Origin: Glycera tridactyla
Lineage: Eukaryota
DNA length: 64,000 nt
Direction: 5' to 3'
Assembly (NCBI GenBank): GCA_965644265.1
Contig: OZ286468.1
Coordinates: 49,910,001-49,974,000, forward strand
This document shows, in pieces, positions 13,180 to 24,095 of the stretch (within the stretch, counting starts at the first letter, position 1; the number at the start of each line of letters is the position of its first letter). Under the pieces are notes generated by a model. It saw only the letters and a program-made list of their open reading frames with translations. It searched no databases and had not been told where the DNA came from. A program made the position numbers and the translations under genes.

Positions 13180-16100
13180 ATGTGTGTTCCTGTGTAAAGG
13201 ATAGATTAACATCACAGTCATAATGGACTTCATTGTTAGTCCAAAATATAGAATTATGTTTTTCTTTGGTTTGTGTTAGGAAGAAGTGGTAAAACATCTG
13301 AAATTAGCCCACCCGATTCCTGCTTCCAGCTTTGTGTATCAATGAGGATGCCACTGAATAAAAGAAATAGCAAGGTTTTCCTCTCTGGCTGTGATGGCTG
13401 GTAAATCATTGTAAGGGTAGGGGAGTGATGACTCCCATACCCTACACTGAATTACCAGAATACTTGGACTATTTGGCAAGGACTCATCATCCACATGGGC
13501 GGAGGGGTTTTATCACCAGTCATGGCAGTGGGTAATCACAACAATGAAAGTCTATCCCCTTGATTCGCCGCTACCAACTAACGTTGTCCCTGAGTATAGT
13601 ATACAAGTGCGTGTTGATGATTAGTACATTATTATAAGGTGATGTGTCGTACCTAAATGTGAAGTGGTGAATGATACAGCATAGCATTAATATATGCAAA
13701 CAACTTCATTAGTACTTATTTGTTAATCATGCAAGACAACAGAGAAGGCAACTACTCGGGGACGTCGGTTGAACTTCTCCGATGTTCAACAGACTCCAGA
13801 AGCAGCGGATATCTACTGAGAAGTCGAATAAAAAGTACCTTTCAGTTTTGTCTTTCTCCTTTGGGGAACCACTCCGTGGTGTTGTTGGCTTCGGTGGTGA
13901 GGATTTCAGAGGCGTTTCCCTACGTAGAAAAGACCGTATTATGTTATAGATTAGATATCATCCTTGCCCCCGTCACTACCACTAAGAAAAAAGCCTACTC
14001 TGATAAAGACTGAATGAATCAAGATTATTTTGTACTATATACTACATAGAGTAGTGTATATCAATCTTTGTTGGAATGAACAGCACTGCGTGAGGGAGTA
14101 GATTTCAATGTTTGTTAGTCTTTGTCTGGATTATATGAGACCGAGAGATAGGGTCAAATCTCAAATATATTACCGAAACCATGCTCGGGCTGTTGTATCG
14201 CACGGCCAGCATTATACTCTTAGCAAAATTATAGAGTGACCCTTATACGTGTATACTTTACAATTATATTCCGTGGCAGGCATGTTGAAGCTGGAGCCTT
14301 TCCCATCTCCCTGGGGAGTGTACAACCATGAACACAGAATCAATCAATCTACAATCACCATCACTGCTTAGGGCCAAGTACCCATTCACACCTGAGTGAA
14401 GTGGAATGGTGGAGTACGGAGGTTAAACTAAGTCACCTCCACGCTATAAGGTGCCTCTTTGAATAGAAGTGCAGGTATGTGTGATGATGCAGGTCCGGTC
14501 TTGAATTGTGAACCTTGTTCATTTTGGTCGCCCATCCCAGCAAGGGCACTGCTCACAGCCGTGAACAATGCTGTTCAACAGTGAACCAGAGTGACTGCAC
14601 CCAACACGCTTGCCTGAGATGACTGAATGCTTCAGTGAATGTCTAGTCTCGGACTGAATGTGTTGTCATAGTTTGGGAGGAAGTTGCGAGGAAATATTTT
14701 GCTCTATCACCAACGCAGATGAATACCTTTCAGTGGTCGCTTTCTCTTCGGGGGAGTCACTGCGTCGTGGGCTAGCTGGCTTCCGTGGTGGGGTATATTC
14801 GGGTGGCTTCCTGTACAAGAGAATAACCGAATTGTTTCAGAGTGGGACTTCCTCATCTCCACAAGCCCCGGACAAGTGGGAACTACTGAATAGAGGCATC
14901 TGGAGTAGGTTATCAAGATGGGTGTTTTGAACGGATGAGAATATTGATTGATTGGTCGATTTACTTATTGAATTTCAACTGTATGTATCAGCCCAAACAA
15001 TTATACATGACATGGAGTTCTAGAGTATGGGAGCTGAATGTTCGGTCCCCTGCTACATCAAGTGCACTCATCTCACTCTATTACCATTTATATAATCCTG
15101 TGTTACTAATTCATTATATTGAGTTTCGACTTTTAAATATGATACGACTCACGGAAGATATATTTCAATTTGAATTCCACTAATATGCTGCTTGCAACAT
15201 TTACTGGTCTAAGTACAACTTTATTGTCCTGAATAATCCAAATAAGTGTACATGGATTTGATTAGACATGTCTTATGAAAATAAATGTCAAGTGGACGCA
15301 ATCTTATTGCATTGTATCATTGGTTGAAAAGATACTAGAGGAAAATGCTTTGCTGGTTGCGCGAACTGTCCATGGCCACACCAGCGTCTAATCGCACTGC
15401 TCACAAAATCACAAATTGGTTTAATGTTGGTGGTCTTTACTGAGAGGTTCATCACTGATGCCTACCTCGTCTCTCCCTCGGTGTACACGGGACTGGTCGT
15501 ATCATACGGGTTGAATGTACCTGAATACACCGGACTAGAACTGCAATACAACATTAAACAAGTCATTGCACTCATATATTATCTCTTTCATGGCAAATCC
15601 TCCATTCTGGAGAACTGTTTGATACATCTGTATCCATTTAGGCCTCAAACACCATCTCACACCTGACATAAGGTATCTGATTGACAGCATTCATAAGGGG
15701 ACTATTTCCTTGAGAGCACACACTGAAGACACAGTTTTTTTGGCCTGCTGCTGCCCTGAGTGATCAGTGAAAATTGCATGTAAAATGAATGAGGAGTTGC
15801 GCAGCCAAGAAAGTGTGATGGACTGACGGACTGATGAACTGACGGACTGACGGACGGCCACTATTTCAATATCCCTACGCCTTTCGGCGTTGCGCAGCCA
15901 ATAATTCACAAGTAAAATTCAAAAAAAGGCTATAACATCTCAAAAAATAATCTGATCATGAAACCCTGACAATATGCACTGAATAACCTCACGATGATCA
16001 TTCTGTGAAAGTTTGGTGAAAATCGCATGTAAAATGAATGGGAGTTGCGCAGCCAAGAAATTGTGACGGATGGACGGACTGACGGATTGATGGACTGACG

Positions 16101-19100
16101 GACTGACGGACAGCCACTATTTTAATATCCCTATGCCTTTCGGCAAGAGATAAAAAAACAAGTGCAAAACATTGAAGCAAGTCAATGAATGATGGTGGCA
16201 TTCTGGTGATTCAAGAAATCATGGTCTGGCTGAAGATAATACAAAGAAAAAATGTTATATCTGGGAAAATCGACAGAAAATATTCAAATTCGAACTCGAT
16301 CAGCAATACGAATATGCTAGAATGGATAAATAATTCTACTCTTTCAATTACTTCATGGCTATGGACTATAAGCTAGGAGCATCAGAAGAAAATATTTCTC
16401 TCGTAGGAGGCGATGTCTCCCCGACTCTTGGTGATGTTGTATTTATTATTTGTGCAATCCGTGGGCAGGTGTACAATTCACATGTATCAATCCAGTAGAA
16501 GATACTCTCACGAGCGCAGCCCAGTGGGGACAATTGTAGACAGGTGGCCTTTGTATAGAGGTGGTCACTTGAGCAGGTTCGACAATGTAATATGTAAAAT
16601 TGAAAAATCGTGCTCAAAATTGAAGATTTTCTCCACAAATATTCCAAGATTTTGTCCCTCTGCTAATTTCTCCCAGATGGCACATGTTTGGCAATAGCTC
16701 ATATTTTTCCATTCAACCAACTTTTAAATCTTCATAGGTCAGAACGTCTATCGGTAATGGACTTGTAAGATAATGGCACTGACTTCTTTAAGAGTATGAA
16801 CCTATGGTTATCAGTGCTGGCTCTACTCATCTGAATGTGTGATCTGGAACATTTCACACCAGAACCGAAAATGCAAGGTTTGCTAGTTTTATCAGGCATA
16901 GACCCTGATCGACCATGAGGGATACAGAGACGCTGCCTCGATACATAATATTGGATATTTGCATTCGTTGGGCATCATCAGAAGTGTCATCGGTACCCGG
17001 CTGGTTACGTTATATTTGTAGGAGCAGCTGTAGATCGTGGACAGTCACCAGTTGAACTGCGCCATATGGGGTTGTGGGTGGTATTGAATATGTAATATGT
17101 CACATGCATGACCAGCAAATATTACGAACGTGATTTTCTAGGTAATGTGATGGCATTGTACTGCGAGCGCACCCATAACGGTGAAGCAGCGGACAGTTCA
17201 GTGGCAGCAAATGGTCGCTAACGTTTTGTAACATTTTATAACAGAAAACGGGTATCCATTCTCTCTTGTCGCACTTAAGATCAAGGATACTTTATATGGA
17301 ATTTGGCTGACGTTTTCTCTGTTAGCCAAACTCAACAGCCTGCTTGTTTGTAGTTGACCGTCTGTAATTGGACAAACCGCTTAGGTATTGTCTGAACCTG
17401 ATACTTTTCCTTGTTTCAAGTGATGCGCTTTGCTGAAAAAGAAAGGCAATCCTATCAGGCGTAAGCGCTAGCTTCCTGCTAATTATATAGTCATATATGC
17501 CATCATCAGGTTCAATATCTTCATGTTGAGTAGGTAGAGGTGTGTCTGAAATGTCAGTCAGGTGGATATTTTAGATGTCTTTTAGCCCTGCCGTCATATG
17601 AGAGCCACATTACAAAGTAGTGAAGTTAATTTCTCTAATAAAATAATGATCCATTCGCGACTCACATTCAGTGGAAGGCACCATTAAGTATTTGGTGACA
17701 TTCTGTGTTTTTTGTTTGTTTAACGCCATGTACCAACGCATAGGAATAAGTATTCCGTCTGTTTAACATAATGTGGATTCCACATCAGCTGCCGCACAAC
17801 ATTAGTGTGTCCTTAGTGTATCACCTGAAATTCTATATAATTATCATTATCTGAAATGCTTACGTTTGCTATTCAGCGATCGGCACACTGTGCAATGGCA
17901 ATGAGGGCAGCAACCATACCTCACATACGACCCATGTCTGCTACTCGCTACTCCTCCCCTCCTCTTCCTTCTCCTCTCCCTGTTACTCGTGGATCCATGT
18001 CAGAATTAGTGGGATCCACAGACACTCAAGGTATGATGCCTGTGATGGAAACCCCGCTATGCATTTTCGTCAGCTATTCAAATGTCAACGGAGCGTCTTA
18101 CAAAGCGGTATATCTACAAAACTGATATTATTCAGATACACTGCCATCAATGACCTCAAATACCCAATTAGGAACTCTCCTACGTCAGCCTTTATTAAGT
18201 CGGTATCAAATTTGACAAAAAATTGTGAATCACCACCTCATCATCGGCAAGAAAAGCTTTCCATTGAGACTGCATTGTTTTGATTAAAATTGTTGTGATG
18301 AATCTGTGTGGATGGCTCAATCTATGGAATGGCTTGGTTAGTTAGCCGTTAATCACTAAAAGGGCTTAGATACGGAGTCGCCCCTGTAATGGACACGCAA
18401 GTGATCTTTTGAAACTTCTCCTCCAGGGTCTTTAACGGGAGCTGAGAGTTCATTAAACTAACTACAGAATGAACACGGAGACGTCCGTCCGCTGAGACTA
18501 GATAGTGTTCATGGTTTCAGTCGCCGAATTCAATTGTAGATCAACGGCAAATGTTTGCTGATAGATGGCCCCGCTGAATAACTGGTTGAAGCCGCGTTCA
18601 CAATGTAAATAATTGGCTGCACAGCTGTTCAGATAGGGGCTAGTCGAGATCGGAGCCGGGATGGCATATTTGTGCCTGCATATATTATACATTATATGAC
18701 ACATCATGATGTGGGAACCCACGCATTGCACGGACTATGCATGATCGTAAAATGCATTGATGATAGGTGTTTTCTTTCAACACGTATCTTGATTCATTGG
18801 TGATTGAGTAGGGCTTAACGTCTCTTCAGCCCAGGCAGAGTATTTAAGACTTGGGTTATGGTCGGTTTTAAGAAACAGCCCAAATAAATATTTGATTAAA
18901 AAAAAAGAAACTTTTTAGATATTTCTATTCCTAGATTTCTTTTCGGTATATTTCAATTTTTCGTAATGAAAAAAATGACTATTGGCTGAAGAATAGGGCA
19001 CTCCTGTCAGGGAACTGCTCTCTACCATTTGCAAAATAACAGGGTGGATCTTTCATGTGCATCCAGCATAGACACTAACCCACATGGCCGGTCTTCGATA

Positions 19101-22100
19101 ACCCAGTTGGCATGCACTGGATAAATGGGTCCAAGATCCAGATCTTTCGATACAGGCCGATGTCTTTGAATATGCAATGATATTGCAGGTTCCATTCCGT
19201 TCAAACATATCCTTCATACTTCCCAATTTGTAGCTTTGGTCATTATCTTCACTCACATACATTTCGAGCGATGATGTACATTTTGTATAGCTTGTTTGTA
19301 TTTGGATGCTCAATTTCGGAATGTTTCATTTCAAAATATTTTTATTTTACTTATTTGTTTGAGGTTTAACGGCATGTATCAACCCTAGGGTTATGTATGC
19401 CGTGTGTTCCTGCTTAATGAGAGCTAGATGTTCTCTCTCCTGCATACATCACTCTCACAAACCCTGAACACAAGTTGATGGGGAACATACTGGCGTTTAT
19501 AATTTTGGCGTATAGTGACATGCTAGTGGTTATCATGTTAACTGATTGACGGATTGATAGATTGATTGACTGGTTGGAGTTTACTGGCATGTGTCAACAC
19601 AACAGATTGATCATGCCATTTGATCCTGTTATATGGAAGCAGAGTGCCCTATCCCATGCAGGTCAACACTCTGATCAAACATTGAACATAATGTGTGAGG
19701 GAATCAGCGAACAGTTCAGACAGCCCTTAATATGTGTAACAAATAACTGATGTATCTGTTGATGCTACATCTAATCATAACTGGCTAGAAGCCAACACTC
19801 AAGCCTGATGGCCTGATGACATATCTCTTTCATCTCAAGCAAATTACCTGGTGATGGTACATCTAAATATGTAACTGGCTAGAAGCCGACAATCAAGCCT
19901 TATGACATCTCTTTCCTTTCAAGCAAATTACCTGGTGGTGGTACATCTTATCTATGTAACTGGCTAGATGTCGACACTCAAGCCTGGTGACATCTCTTTC
20001 CTTTCAAGCAAATTACCTTGTGATGGTACATCTTAGCTATGTAACTGGCTAGAAGCCGACACTCAAGCATGATGACATCTCTCATGTCAAGCAAATTGCC
20101 TGGTGATGGTACAGCTTATCTATGTAACTGGCTAGAAGCGGACACTCAAGCATGATGACATCTCTCATGTCAAGCAAATTGCCTGGTGATGGTACAGCTT
20201 AGCTATGTAACTGGCTAGAAGCCGACACTCAAGCATGATGACATCTCTCATGTCAAGCAAATTGCCTGGTGATGGTACAGCTTATCTATGTAACTGGCTA
20301 GAAGCGGACACTCAAGCATGATGACATCTCTCATGTCAAGCAAATTACCTGGTGATGGTACAGCTTAGCTATGTAACTGGCTAGAAGCTGACACTCAAGC
20401 ATGATGACATCTCTCATGTCAAGCAAATTGCCTGGTGATGGTACAGCTTATCTATGTAACTGGCTAGAAGCGGACACTCAAGCATGATGACATCTCTCAT
20501 GTCAAGCAAATTGCCTGGTGATGGTACAGCTTAGCTATGTAACTGGCTAGAAGCCGACACTCAAGCATGATGACATCTCTCATGTCAAGTAAATTGCCTG
20601 GTGATGGTACAGCTTATCTATGTAACTGGCTAGAAGCGGACACTCAAGCATGATGACATCTCTCATGTCAAGCAAATTACCTGGTGATGGTACAGCTTAG
20701 CTATGTAACTGGCTAGATGTCGACACTCAAGCCTGGTGACATCTCTTTCCTTTCAAGCAAATTACCTTGTGATGGTACATCTTAGCTATGTAACTGGCTA
20801 GAAGCCGACACTCAAGCATGATGACATCTCTCATGTCAAGCAAATTGCCTGGTGATGGTACAGCTTATCTATGTAACTGGCTAGAAGCGGACACTCAAGC
20901 ATGATGACATCTCTCATGTCAAGCAAATTGCCTGGTGATGGTACAGCTTAGCTATGTAACTGGCTAGAAGCCGACACTCAAGCATGATGACATCTCTCAT
21001 GTCAAGCAAATTGCCTGGTGATGGTACAGCTTATCTATGTAACTGGCTAGAAGCGGACACTCAAGCATGATGACATCTCTCATGTCAAGCAAATTACCTG
21101 GTGATGGTACAGCTTAGCTATGTAACTGGCTAGAAGCTGACACTCAAGCATGATGACATCTCTCATGTCAAGCAAATTGCCTGGTGATGGTACAGCTTAT
21201 CTATGTAACTGGCTAGAAGCGGACACTCAAGCATGATGACATCTCTCATGTCAAGCAAATTGCCTGGTGATGGTACAGCTTAGCTATGTAACTGGCTAGA
21301 AGCCGACACTCAAGCATGATGACATCTCTCATGTCAAGCAAATTGCCTGGTGATGGTACAGCTTATCTATGTAACTGGCTAGAAGCGGACACTCAAGCAT
21401 GATGACATCTCTCATGTCAAGCAAATTACCTGGTGATGGTACAGCTTAGCTATGTGACTGGCTAGAAGCCGACACTCAAGCATGATGACATCTCTCATGT
21501 CAAGCAAATTACCTGGTGATGGTACAGCTTAGCTATGTAACTGGCTAGAAGCCGACACTCAAGCATGATGACATCTCTCATGTCAAGTGAATTGCCTGGT
21601 GATGGTACATCTTGACTATGTAACTGGCTAGAAGCCGACACTCAAGCATGATGACCCTGAACTGGGGGGAAAAAAGCATAGGAAAATCACAGGCACACGT
21701 GGGTAGGGTGGGAGTCCAGGGTCTCTATAGATGGCAGCCACCAATGGGCGCGGGACTTTTACTCTGAAGTGTTGCCATCGGGGATGATGTGGCCTAGGTG
21801 TAGCATCATCCCTTCTCTTCTTCTCAATATCTTTTGGACTGGGGGGTTGAATGAAAACATACCTTCCAAATTTTCTATCATCTATCTTTAGGCATTTTCT
21901 ACCAAAATTGCACTATCACCAGATTTCTTTTTCTTGACCTCTTTCCTATCCCTCTAAGCTATTTCTTATTTCTTCAGTGAAATGGTCTCAGGTGTAGGTG
22001 GCTGATGGTTTGCCTGTAGCAGATATTGTCACTATGCAAAACGCGGGTACCAGGCACACCAGTTCTGGGTCACTAGGGCTGCGACTAGGTTTACTAGGTT

Positions 22101-24095
22101 GTGTGATGGCATTGTACTGCAAGCATAGGGCAAGCCATGATTGTAAAGCTGGTTTGAAGTTGACAGTTCGTAATTGAAGACATTGTTTGAGTATTCTCCG
22201 AACCTAATGCTTTTCCTTGTTTCAAGTACTGCGCTTTGCGTAAAAAAAAAAGCATAGCTATCAGGCTTGAGTGTTAGCTTCCAGCCAGTTACATAGTTAG
22301 ATATGCCATCATCAGGTTCAATATGTCTTTTTTTGTAGAGTTAGAGTTGGTAGGGGTGTGTCTGAACCATCAGCTACTTCCACTTGACAACCTTTCGGGG
22401 AGTTCCCCATCATCTTGTGTTCAGGGTTTGTGAGAGTGATGTCTGCAGGGGAGAGACCATCTAGCTTTCATTAACCAGGGACACATGGCATACATAATCC
22501 TGTGGGTTGATACATGCCGTTAAGCCTTAAACAAACAAACAAACAAACAAATCACAGGCACACAAGGTGTCATGTCAGTTGTTCGTGACTGCATAAATGG
22601 AGTGCATGAAGCGGCATGGAATCGATGCTGCTTTTCGTTAGTGTGAGTGGTCCATGGGTATAACTATTAGCTGAAGAGAGAAGGACCATTGCCAGGGAGC
22701 ATCCTCTTCTGTTATCGTTTGCTTGACTTTTCTTTAGCACCACAGTCGGAGCTCGAAGGTTCTGATCTTCCAAGCACTGGATGACAAGCTTGTTATATCA
22801 CATGCATGCAGAATAGACCCATATATACAAGACTGCCCCCCCCCCCCCAGTCGGTATGCACTGGGAAATCATGTCATCAATTTAGATCTTTCGAATCAGT
22901 CCTATTTCTATGGCATATTTAAACATATTCCTCGTACAGACTTGCTTAGATATGTTTTTCATGTCCCCAACAACATAGTAACCATTACTGGTATGTAGGT
23001 AGGACCGGGTGAGGTGAGTGTGTCCTATTCTCAAACGTGAGTAGGTCTGGGTTGGTTTTGTTCGCTAATCACTTCAACAATAAATGGCATATATCAGGAC
23101 ATCTCGGTCAGCAGGTTACCCTGTGAACATGAGTTCAACCCACATGTCCTTCACCACTATTCGTGGGTCGGTTGTAGTGCTGGTATCACAACCAGAACTA
23201 AAGTCTGTTAAATCCAAACGTGGCGGTACGTTTCACACGCTAAATTTGCCGTTTCTCGTCCGATTTTGATTATAATAGCAAACATAGGCTGTATAGGTGT
23301 TCCGTTGATCATTGAAAATAGTTTTTAGGAAGTATGCAAGCATTTGAAGGCGATACGCCATCATTTCATTGCATTTAATCGGCGAATCCGACGCCATTAT
23401 CTGGGAATCTGTAGGTGTCCAGTTGCAGCTAACAATCGCTAACGTTTTGAAATGGGAAAAGGGTCCCCCGTTCGTTTTTAACAGACTTCAGATAAAGAAT
23501 ATTTGGTAGGGGATTTGGCGATCGTTTTCTCTGTTTGCCCAACTGAACAGCCTGCTGGATTCAAACATTGTGGTTCAATAATTGATTATTTCATTTGTGT
23601 CACCTGCGCTATATTGAGAAGCCCACGCAACAGGCCTATATAGTTGGAGTCACCCCATATTCATCCTGGATCCTGTCAAAATCCATGAAACTTACAGGTA
23701 AATGAACGGTCCACCTTTTCTATGGGCCCTCTGCGCGAGGTGGATACGAAATTCACTCGTATCTCGAAGTCACTCCGGACTGGGGCCATCATGAAGAGAT
23801 AGGTGAAAATATGATTTCATTGAAATCCATGCGTGACCGGGATATTCATGAAGGAATTATTTCAACCAAAATGGATATAGTTCAAATCCACCTGCATGAC
23901 GCAAAAATTGAATACCACTGAAGGAGATAAGAACAAAACCTACACTTCATCGTCGTCATCTTCGTCGAAGGGGTTGGACGAGGCTGGAGGCCCATCTGGA
24001 AAGTCCTCATCGGCATCCTCATCGAAGGGGTTGGGTGGCGCAGAAGGCGGTGGACTTGCCGCAGAGCGATCCGTACTCCCTGCGCCTTCAGACAT
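213..24095 (-). CDS. Spinster-related MFS transporter, spliced gene model, ~651 aa. Minus-strand join: 23944-24095, 15466-15540, 14727-14810, 13839-13919, 9148-9468, 8423-8541, 7517-7664, 5954-6116, 5005-5245, 3933-4129, 3146-3230, 1992-2177, 213-316
   Basis: All introns are GT-AG with matching phases; exons sum to 1956 nt (652 codons). MFS/SPNS-like motifs: TM1 NQLDRYLL, motif-A-like AGDYYNRVR, FEAGCTPFASSIIADYFP, GWRWAFY, GGLISDKV. The nine 3' exons are secure; the four 5' exons are linked by phase and composition only. Confidence 0.85.
1992..2177 (-). CDS. MFS exon (GEVWVGVTLVIVIDLVP...NALK)
   Basis: Acceptor ctcgttccag, donor gtaagt, phase 1-1, TM segments. Confidence 0.92.
2390..3070. 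repeat. Degenerate ~41-43-bp minisatellite (core ggcccctgtctgacac...tagc..aagctgttgc.acacccc)
   Basis: ctgtctgacac core recurs at ~42-bp spacing, roughly 15 copies, inside an MFS intron. Confidence 0.85.
3146..3230 (-). CDS. MFS exon (FLAAPFTACVLLVNPPAAYYFLIPAYII)
   Basis: Acceptor ttttgtttcag, donor gtaggt, phase 0-1. Confidence 0.92.
3590..3900 (-). mobile_element. SINE-like repeat, family B
   Basis: (AAAC)n-type tail, and a central ccagtgcatgcc block shared with 18800-19200. Confidence 0.5.
3933..4129 (-). CDS. MFS exon (GYVWSYYAEVYF...GGLISDKVASRLG...AFSL)
   Basis: Acceptor ctgtttcag, donor gtacgt, phase 1-0. Confidence 0.92.
5005..5245 (-). CDS. MFS exon (GWRWAFYISGIFG...LAGSIRNA)
   Basis: Acceptor atgcttgtag, donor gtaggc, phase 0-1, typical MFS GWRWAF motif. 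Confidence 0.93.
5954..6116 (-). CDS. MFS exon (EAGCTPFASSIIADYFPANWRASALGVYNWGIYIGY...)
   Basis: Acceptor gctgttgcag, donor gtgagt, phase 2-0; aligns by eye to the spinster TM4-TM5 region. Confidence 0.93.
6445..6741. mobile_element. MITE with ~27-bp imperfect TIRs and GACGTC/GGACATC subterminal repeats (CMC/EnSpm-like CCC terminus on the right)
   Basis: Left atagcaagccgacggccattggacatc versus reverse complement of the right end atagcacgtcgacgtccattagacgtc. Confidence 0.55.
7241..7417. mobile_element. Tc1/mariner-pogo-like MITE (CAGTCGAACC TIR, TA TSD)
   Basis: TA-cagtcgaacctg...caggttcgactg-TA; relatives at 37604-37781, 40186-40342, ~50142-50300 and 51250-51410. Confidence 0.85.
7517..7664 (-). 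CDS. MFS exon (IPLSLAGDYYNRVRIL...LLRFGLGV)
   Basis: Acceptor ttgttttttcag, donor gtaagt, phase 1-2, motif-A-like loop. Confidence 0.93.
8423..8541 (-). CDS. MFS exon (CYRKTNYANSTVCQWVYTGTGFEYDLLVGPIFIICYTVA)
   Basis: Acceptor attgtttgtag, donor gtgaga, phase 2-1; needed to bridge the flanking phases. Confidence 0.9.
9148..9468 (-). CDS. MFS exon with TM1 (ENEKPPLTPSPP...NQLDRYLL...FTEEI); alternative in-frame ATG at 9506
   Basis: Acceptor atctctgttgacag (phase 2), donor gtttgt (phase 2). The frame is also open upstream to ATG 9506. Confidence 0.85.
10735..11185. repeat. C-rich (minus-strand G-rich) low-complexity tract
   Basis: Runs of cccc/cccca/cccac for ~450 bp; explains the Pro/Gly-rich spurious ORFs here. 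Confidence 0.9.
12882..13600. mobile_element. Non-autonomous TIR element (~720 bp, ~35-bp TIR) carrying a (TG)n microsatellite
   Basis: actatactcagggacaacgtttgttggcagcggc at 12882 is the reverse complement (2 mismatches) of gccgctaccaactaacgttgtccctgagtatagt ending at 13600; no TSD seen. Confidence 0.7.
13839..13919 (-). CDS. MFS N-tail cassette exon (ETPLKSSPPKPTTPRSGSPKEKDKTE)
   Basis: 81 nt, acceptor tcttttctacgtag, donor gtactt; only the phase 2-2 frame is open. Confidence 0.7.
14727..14810 (-). CDS. MFS N-tail cassette exon (KPPEYTPPRKPASPRRSDSPEEKATTE)
   Basis: 84 nt, acceptor ttctcttgtacag, donor gtattc, phase 2-2; nucleotide-homologous to the 13839-13919 exon. Confidence 0.7.
15466..15540 (-). 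CDS. MFS N-tail cassette exon (SSPVYSGTFNPYDTTSPVYTEGET)
   Basis: 75 nt, acceptor ttgtattgcag, donor gtaggc, phase 2-2. Confidence 0.65.
15765..16160 (+). mobile_element. Helentron/DINE-1-like (HINE) element, two tandem 3' ends
   Basis: (GACG/GACT)n microsatellite, then a short hairpin acgcc-tttc-ggcgt and an A-rich end; ~130-bp block duplicated. Confidence 0.55.
19745..21657. repeat. 83-bp tandem satellite (~23 units) with dimer alternation and a 749-bp higher-order repeat
   Basis: gtaactggctag recurs at 20041, 20124, 20207 and onward. Variant units recur 749 bp apart (19956/20705 and 20373/21122). Confidence 0.97.
21699..22548 (+). mobile_element. Retroposon family A copy (SINE-like or LINE 3' end) with (AAAC)n tail and 15-bp TSD
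   Basis: AAATCACAGGCACAC at 21684-21698 and 22549-22563; (AAAC)n tail; body shared with many other copies in the window. Confidence 0.8.
23944..24095 (-). CDS. Putative MFS first coding exon (MSEGAGSTDRSAASPPPSAPPNPFDEDADEDFPDGPPASSNPFDEDDDDE)
   Basis: ATG in context gcaagATGt, 50 open codons, donor GT|gtaggt in phase 2 matching the next exon; two NPF-acidic motifs. Confidence 0.7.

Noticed and set aside
16366-16440. TTSPRVGETSPP segment resembling the 15.5-kb cassette exon
   Set aside because: No usable acceptor or donor and an in-frame stop; at best a decayed exon copy.
18004-18030. Plus-strand 27-nt microexon-like segment with good splice sites
   Set aside because: Isolated, with no partner exons or gene on that strand.
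19745-21657. Tandem array as a CRISPR array
   Set aside because: No unique spacers and no cas genes; contiguous near-identical monomers in a eukaryotic intron.
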